Source: Agathobacter sp.
Lineage (GTDB): Bacteria; Bacillota; Clostridia; Lachnospirales; Lachnospiraceae
DNA: 64,000 nt
Reading direction: 5' to 3'
NCBI GenBank assembly: GCA_036308125.1
Contig: JAXJWH010000136.1
Location: 23,499 to 87,498 of the forward strand
Shown piece by piece: positions 58,518 to 64,000 of this stretch (the first letter of the stretch is position 1; the number at the start of each line of letters is the position of its first letter). Under the pieces are notes generated by a model. The model was not told the origin of the DNA and ran no database searches. It was given only the letters and a program-made list of their open reading frames with translations. The position numbers and the translations under genes are program-made.

Positions 58518-59618
58518 TTATACTCTTTCTGCAATTAAATCTCCCATTTCAGAAGTTCCAACCTGTTTAATTCCTTCAACACTCTGTCCTTTCTGTGGCA
58601 TAATGTCAATAGTTCTGTATCCTTCCTCTAAAACACGCTGTACAGCATTCTCTATTGCATTAGCCTCTTCATCCAAATCAAATGTATATCTTAACATCAT
58701 TGCAGCGCTTAAAATTGTAGCAATAGGATTTGCAATTCCTTTTCCTGCAATATCTGGTGCTGATCCGCCGCTTGGCTCATAAAGGCCGAATTTTGTATCA
58801 TTTAAACTTGCGGATGATAACATACCAATGGATCCTGTTACCATACTTGCCTCATCTGATAAGATATCTCCAAACATATTCTCTGTAAGAATAACATCAA
58901 ACTGCTTAGGATCTTTAACAAGCTGCATTGCACAGTTATCAACAAGCATATGCTCATATGTTACTTCTTCATAATCCTTAGCAACTTCTTCTACTACTTT
59001 TCTCCATAATCTTGAAGAATCTAATACATTTGCCTTATCTACTGAAGTTACTTTCTTTCTTCTCTTCATTGCAATGTCAAATGCTCTCTTGGCAATTCTT
59101 CTGATTTCATCTTCGTTATATGTTAATGTATCAGTTGCTGTTAACACACCATCTACTTCTCTTGTCTGTCTGTCACCAAAATACAAACCGCCTGTGAGTT
59201 CTCTCATAATCATCATATCAAATCCATCACCGATAATATCATCTCTGAGAGGACATGCAGCTTTAAGCTCTTTGTATAAATATGCTGGTCTTAAATTTGC
59301 AAATAAATTAAGTTCTTTACGCAATTTTAATAATCCTGCTTCTGGTCTAAGCTCTGGCGGAAGCTTATACCAAGGAGATGTTGAAGTATTTCCACCGATC
59401 GAACCCATAAGAACTGCATCACTGTCTAATGCTGTCTTAATTGCCTCATCTGTAAGTGGAACTCCTGTTGCATCAATTGAGCAACCTCCCATAAGAATCT
59501 CTGTATAATCAAACTCATGACCATATTTACTTCCGACTTTATCTAACACTTTCTTTGCTTCTGCTACGATCTCTGGACCTATTCCGTCACCTGAAATAAC
59601 ACCCACTCGACAATTCAT
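58518..59618 (-). CDS. leuB: 3-isopropylmalate dehydrogenase
   Basis: Start set at [16 protein letters not shown]. Also [13 protein letters not shown] and [14 protein letters not shown] motifs. Confidence 0.9.
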   Translation of the reverse strand: MNCRVGVISGDGIGPEIVAEAKKVLDKVGSKYGHEFDYTEILMGGCSIDATGVPLTDEAIKTALDSDAVLMGSIGGNTSTSPWYKLPPELRPEAGLLKLRKELNLFANLRPAYLYKELKAACPLRDDIIGDGFDMMIMRELTGGLYFGDRQTREVDGVLTATDTLTYNEDEIRRIAKRAFDIAMKRRKKVTSVDKANVLDSSRLWRKVVEEVAKDYEEVTYEHMLVDNCAMQLVKDPKQFDVILTENMFGDILSDEASMVTGSIGMLSSASLNDTKFGLYEPSGGSAPDIAGKGIANPIATILSAAMMLRYTFDLDEEANAIENAVQRVLEEGYRTIDIMPQKGQSVEGIKQVGTSEMGDLIAERV

Positions 59619-59812
59619 AACGCTACCTCTTTTCCGTATATATTTAAATTTACTATTCTTTTTTATATTAACAATATAATATAGTATGACGAAACATTTT
59701 TCAATGGATTGCAATATTGTACTTTTTCATATTTTTTATAACTCAATGTTATAAATACTCATAACTGTCATTACTTACTTTCATAAAAAAGCCTTATTTC
59801 CAATATTAGCAA

Positions 59813-59848
59813 AAACCGGTCTATCATAATTACATGATAAAACCGGTT
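59813..59848 (-). terminator. yajC terminator
   Basis: Long hairpin aaccggtctatcat-aattac-atgataaaaccggtt, followed on the minus strand by TTTTTG. Confidence 0.7.
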
Positions 59849-59874
59849 CTATAATCAATAATATATCTTAGAAA

Positions 59875-60213
59875 TTATTCTCCAACTGAATCTTTTACAT
59901 GCTCAAGTTCAACAATTGAAGACTTCTTCATTGGAATACGACAGTTCTTATTGTTACCAAATTCAACGATAACTGTATCATCATCTGGAATATCTATGAT
60001 AGTTCCATAAAATCCAGCAGTTGTAAGGACTGTATCTCCTGTTACAACTTCACTTAACATTAACTGCTTCTTCTGTTCTTCTTTCTTCTGTGGGCGAATC
60101 ATAAAAAAGTAAAAAACCGCAATTACAACAACCCACAATATAATTGCAAAAAGCATATTTGATCCGCTGGCCGCCTGTGCGTCACCAGATAATAAAATTG
60201 TGTTCATCAACAA
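59875..60213 (-). CDS. yajC: Preprotein translocase subunit YajC
   Basis: Single TM segment, then FFMIRPQKK and GDTVLTTAGFYGTI motifs. Downstream of tgt, as in many bacteria. Confidence 0.85.
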   Translation of the reverse strand: MLMNTILLSGDAQAASGSNMLFAIILWVVVIAVFYFFMIRPQKKEEQKKQLMLSEVVTGDTVLTTAGFYGTIIDIPDDDTVIVEFGNNKNCRIPMKKSSIVELEHVKDSVGE

Positions 60214-60301
60214 TTCCTCCTCTTAAAATTCCTAATGATATTCTACACAACACAACGAATTTGAGCAAGTAGAAATCAAAATTTTAGATTTTTTTAATCA
60301 A

Positions 60302-61453
60302 TTAATACAATTTTTTATGAGATTCCTGTCCCATTCCATACAATTTTTCTTCCTTGTATGAACTAAAACGACCTTCATCAAGTGCATCTCTTATTTCTTC
60401 CATCATGGTGTTATAGAAATATAAATTGTGAAGCACACATAATCTCATACCTAACATTTCTTTTGCTTTTAAAAGATGTCTTATGTATGCTCTGCTGTAT
60501 TTCTGACACGCAGGACATCCACAACCTTCTTCTATTGGTCTCATATCTTTTTCGTATTTCTGATTGAATAAATTTAATTTTCCCTGATTTGTATACACAT
60601 GTCCATGTCTTCCGTTTCTGCTAGGGTAAACACAATCAAAAAAGTCTACACCTCTTTCAACTCCTTCTAAAATGTTGGCTGGTGTTCCAACTCCCATAAG
60701 GTATGTAGGCTTGTTTTCTGGTAAATGTGGCACTGTAACATCAAGTATTCTATACATCTCTTCATGCGATTCACCTACTGCAAGACCTCCGATTGCATAT
60801 CCATCGAGATCCATTTCTGCAATTCTTTTTGCATGATCAATTCGAATATCTTCATATACAGCTCCCTGGTTAATTCCAAATAAAAGCTGTTCTTTGTTCA
60901 AAGTATCTTCCAGACTGTTTAATCTATTCATTTCTTTTTTGCATCTATCAAGCCATCTGGTAGTTCTGTTAACTGAGTCCGTAACATATTTTCTATCAGC
61001 AACACTGGATGGACATTCATCAAATGCCATGGCAATAGTCGAACCCAGATTTGACTGTATCTGCATACTTTCCTCTGGTCCCATAAAGATTTTTGCACCA
61101 TCAATGTGTGACCTGAAATGAACGCCTTCTTCTTTAATTTTTCTAAGTCCGGCCAGAGAAAAAACCTGAAATCCGCCTGAATCAGTCAAAATCGGACGAT
61201 CCCATACCATAAATTTATGCAATCCACCAACTTCTTTTATTAGCTTATCACCTGTTCTTACATGTAAGTGATAAGTATTTGATAATTCTACCTGACATTT
61301 AATATTTTTTAAATCTTCTGTTGAAACTGCACCTTTAATCGCACCTACCGTTCCAACATTCATAAATACAGGAGTCTGTATATCTCCATGTACTGTATGA
61401 AAAACACCTCTTTTTGCGCGTCCTTCTTTTTTCAGTAAATCATACTTTGCCAT
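60302..61453 (-). CDS. tgt: tRNA-guanine transglycosylase (queuine tRNA-ribosyltransferase)
   Basis: TPVFMNVGT, LTDSGGFQV and the zinc site CGCPAC..H. Confidence 0.95.
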   Translation of the reverse strand: MAKYDLLKKEGRAKRGVFHTVHGDIQTPVFMNVGTVGAIKGAVSTEDLKNIKCQVELSNTYHLHVRTGDKLIKEVGGLHKFMVWDRPILTDSGGFQVFSLAGLRKIKEEGVHFRSHIDGAKIFMGPEESMQIQSNLGSTIAMAFDECPSSVADRKYVTDSVNRTTRWLDRCKKEMNRLNSLEDTLNKEQLLFGINQGAVYEDIRIDHAKRIAEMDLDGYAIGGLAVGESHEEMYRILDVTVPHLPENKPTYLMGVGTPANILEGVERGVDFFDCVYPSRNGRHGHVYTNQGKLNLFNQKYEKDMRPIEEGCGCPACQKYSRAYIRHLLKAKEMLGMRLCVLHNLYFYNTMMEEIRDALDEGRFSSYKEEKLYGMGQESHKKLY

Positions 61454-61471
61454 TGTTCTTTCACTTTCTTA

Positions 61472-63241
61472 CTAATTTTTTTTAACTCTTCTTATTAAGA
61501 TTCCATTTTGTAGCAGTGTTGTATCAATATAATGACGTTCTAACAGTATCTCTCCATTTTTGGGAACTTCCACATCTTCCTGCGAACAGTTAATAATAAC
61601 TTCCAGATAGTCATCCTCCCAGTATACTTTTCTAAACTGTATAACCCTTGGATTTTCAGATATATTATTAGGAAAATGAAAATCTCTGCTCTTTAACAAA
61701 GGTTCTTCTCTTCTAAGATGTATAAGTCTTGAAATAATGCTCTTTCTCTCATCATACTTTCCTTCATCTATATCAGCCCAAGGCATACATCTTCTACAAT
61801 CGGGATCATAGCTTCCTTCCATCGCAACTTCCGTTCCATAAAAAATACATGGACTTCCAGGCATTGCAAATAATACAACAAGCTGTGCGAAATATTCGTC
61901 AAGATTTTTTACATCACTTCTTAATCTCTTTGTATCATGAGAATCTAAAAGATTAAATAAAACATCATTTGTCTGCTGCATATACATAGTATAACAGCGA
62001 TTAATTGTATATTCAAAGTCCTTATTTGTCAACTGTTTATCAATCCAGAAATCCTTAATACTTTCTCCTAAAGGATAATTCATAACAGCATCAAATTCAT
62101 CTCCCCTTAACCAAGGAAGGGAATTATGCCATATTTCTCCCAGAATATATATTTCTGGATTAATCTCTTTTAATCTAAGGTGTAATTCCTTACAAAATCT
62201 GTGTGAAACTTCATTTGCCACATCTAATCTTAGTCCATCAATTTTATATTCTCTTACCCATTTTTCACAGACACTGATAAAATAATCCCTTACTTCAACA
62301 TTATTTGTATTCAATTTTGGCATTCCATCAAAAAATGCAAATGTATATAATTGTTTTTTCCTTGATGCCTGACCATTTTTATCAATTGGCCACTCATTAA
62401 TCATAAACCAGTCATAATATTTAGATTTCGGTCCGTTCTTTAAAACATCCTGCCATGGTTTGAAATAGTATCCGCAATGATTGAATACTCCGTCAAGCAT
62501 TACTCTTATTCCTCTGGCATGAGCCTCTTCCACTAATTCCTTGAAAACCTCTTCGTCACCAAAGTTTGGATCAATTTTTTCATAATCTGATGTATCGTAT
62601 TTGTGATTTGAAGGCGATTCATTAATTGGTGTAAGATATATTCCGTTTATTCCGAGTTCAACGAGATAATCCAGCTTATTAATAATACCTCTTAAATCAC
62701 CACCAAAACACTCCTCATTTTTCACTACGCTCCTGCAATCTCTCCATTCCTTGACATTGTCAGGATCAACGGAATGATCTCCATTGCAAAATCTGTCTGG
62801 GAAAATCTGATACCACACTGTATCATTTACCCACTTAGGAGTTTTAGGCACATCACAAGGATTCATCCAAGGAAAAACAAAACACTGACGGCTTCTTCCT
62901 TCCAGTTCCATCTGTGATTTACTTACAATTCCATCCTCAAAATAATACCAGCTGTCATCACCTGATATAAGTTCGAAATAATATTTTAATCTCTTATATT
63001 CCGGTCTTACAGTTGTAGTCCACCATATTTGATTTTTAAGCTCTTTCTTAAAAATTATAGCCTCTCTGTGTCCGCTCCATTCGCCGGAACCACCAAGTAT
63101 ACCTGCACTAAATGGATCACCTAAAATAATATTAACTCTGTCGACGTCATATCCCGTCTTTATATTGATTATTAATTCATCTTCATTTATTGGATAGCAA
63201 TAATTATCATACGCCTGATGATATACCCCATTAAAGTCCAT
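61472..63241 (-). CDS. Cytoplasmic GH13 enzyme (neopullulanase/cyclomaltodextrinase/maltogenic amylase type)
   Basis: No signal peptide. GH13 regions DGVFNH, GLRLDVANE, LGEIWH and LLDSHD. Confidence 0.85.
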   Translation of the reverse strand: MDFNGVYHQAYDNYCYPINEDELIINIKTGYDVDRVNIILGDPFSAGILGGSGEWSGHREAIIFKKELKNQIWWTTTVRPEYKRLKYYFELISGDDSWYYFEDGIVSKSQMELEGRSRQCFVFPWMNPCDVPKTPKWVNDTVWYQIFPDRFCNGDHSVDPDNVKEWRDCRSVVKNEECFGGDLRGIINKLDYLVELGINGIYLTPINESPSNHKYDTSDYEKIDPNFGDEEVFKELVEEAHARGIRVMLDGVFNHCGYYFKPWQDVLKNGPKSKYYDWFMINEWPIDKNGQASRKKQLYTFAFFDGMPKLNTNNVEVRDYFISVCEKWVREYKIDGLRLDVANEVSHRFCKELHLRLKEINPEIYILGEIWHNSLPWLRGDEFDAVMNYPLGESIKDFWIDKQLTNKDFEYTINRCYTMYMQQTNDVLFNLLDSHDTKRLRSDVKNLDEYFAQLVVLFAMPGSPCIFYGTEVAMEGSYDPDCRRCMPWADIDEGKYDERKSIISRLIHLRREEPLLKSRDFHFPNNISENPRVIQFRKVYWEDDYLEVIINCSQEDVEVPKNGEILLERHYIDTTLLQNGILIRRVKKN

Positions 63242-63401
63242 GTGTGTTCTCCTTTTCGTATCATTTCATTAGTCTACATAAATAAAAATATAACATATAA
63301 AACTTGACGATTCAATATATGTTTTCTTATAATAATAATGCATTGTTATTAACATAAATTATAAATGACTTTGTAATTGTACTATCGAAAGGAAACAAAT
63401 T

Positions 63402-64000
63402 ATGGCCGGATCATCTTTTGGAAATATATTCAGAATAACAACCTGGGGAGAATCCCACGGAAAAGGACTTGGTGTCGTTGTTGACGGCTGTCCTGCCGGA
63501 CTTCCGTTAACAGAAGAAGACATTCAATTATACCTTAACAGGAGAAAACCAGGACAATCTAAATTCTCCACACCTCGTAAAGAGGATGACTGCGTAGAAA
63601 TTTTATCTGGTGTATTCGAAGGAAAAACAACCGGAACTCCAATCTCCATGGTTGTATTTAATAAAAATCAAAAATCTAAAGATTATAGCGAAATTGCTTC
63701 TTATTACAGACCTGGACATGCAGATTTCTGCTTTGATGAAAAATACGGTTTTCGTGATTATCGCGGAGGCGGTCGTTCATCAGGACGAGAAACAATCGGC
63801 AGAGTTGCAGGTGGAGCAATTGCAGCAAAAATATTAAATGAAATGGGTATCACATTCACAACATATTCTAAATCAATAGGACCTGTTTCTATTGATATGA
63901 ACAATTTTGACAAAAACGAAATGGAAAATAATGCCCTTTATATGCCTGATGCCGCTGCTGCAAAAGAGGCTGAAGCATATCTTGAGGACTGTATTCATTC
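63402..64000 (+). CDS. aroC: Chorismate synthase, 5' part; the gene runs off the right edge
   Basis: ATG at 63402. Translation MAGSSFGNIFRITTWGESHGKGLGVVVDGCPAG...YRGGGRSSGRET is canonical AroC. It is absent from the ORF track because there is no stop codon in the window. Confidence 0.9.
   Translation, partial: MAGSSFGNIFRITTWGESHGKGLGVVVDGCPAGLPLTEEDIQLYLNRRKPGQSKFSTPRKEDDCVEILSGVFEGKTTGTPISMVVFNKNQKSKDYSEIASYYRPGHADFCFDEKYGFRDYRGGGRSSGRETIGRVAGGAIAAKILNEMGITFTTYSKSIGPVSIDMNNFDKNEMENNALYMPDAAAAKEAEAYLEDCIH

Noticed and set aside
59619-59812. Possible T-box or leader-peptide attenuator upstream of leuB; glyQS was also checked at 44207-44226.
   Set aside because: I found no T-box core (AGGGTGGTACCGCG-like) and no Leu-rich leader ORF in the AT-rich leuB leader. 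glyQS has only a 20-nt spacer to the upstream gene.

Overview
This 64 kb window looks like a low-GC Firmicutes (Clostridia or Lachnospiraceae-like) chromosome; the taxon is inferred from gene content and codon usage. Nearly every gene is on the minus strand.

The right part (39.8-64 kb) is ordinary housekeeping: ppdK, glyQS, recO, era, an M16 peptidase, csp, mscS, DUF1015, serA-serC, ilvB-ilvD-leuB, yajC, tgt, a cytoplasmic GH13 enzyme and partial aroC.

The left part is accessory and holds the interesting content.

(1) Two operons (5227-12443 and 15713-18198) encode TasA/camelysin-like proteins with SipW-cognate signal peptides and a stand-alone SipW-type signal peptidase. They also encode a signal-peptidase/sortase-B fusion, a 965-aa secreted adhesin with no anchor, and a two-module membrane-anchored surface protein.
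- Between the two operons sits a SARP/BTAD regulator. It is fused to a degenerate GGDEF domain that keeps an RxxD I-site.
- Both operon promoters share TGTCACA direct repeats at about 11-bp spacing.
- I read this as a candidate surface-fibre system of unworked-out mechanism, possibly controlled by c-di-GMP.

(2) A ten-gene Che-like operon (20711-35067) encodes a PAS kinase, a REC-HD-GYP protein, CheR, CheB, a CheY-like protein, CheA, CheW, a sensor-less MCP and two hybrid kinases. One hybrid kinase ends in a DegV (fatty-acid-binding) domain.

(3) Two paralogous 50-aa membrane-protein genes are missing from the ORF track. One is followed by 68-bp tandem copies of its own 3' end.

I saw no rRNA, tRNA, CRISPR array, transposase or integrase. 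Nothing here was checked against databases, so all novelty statements are hypotheses.
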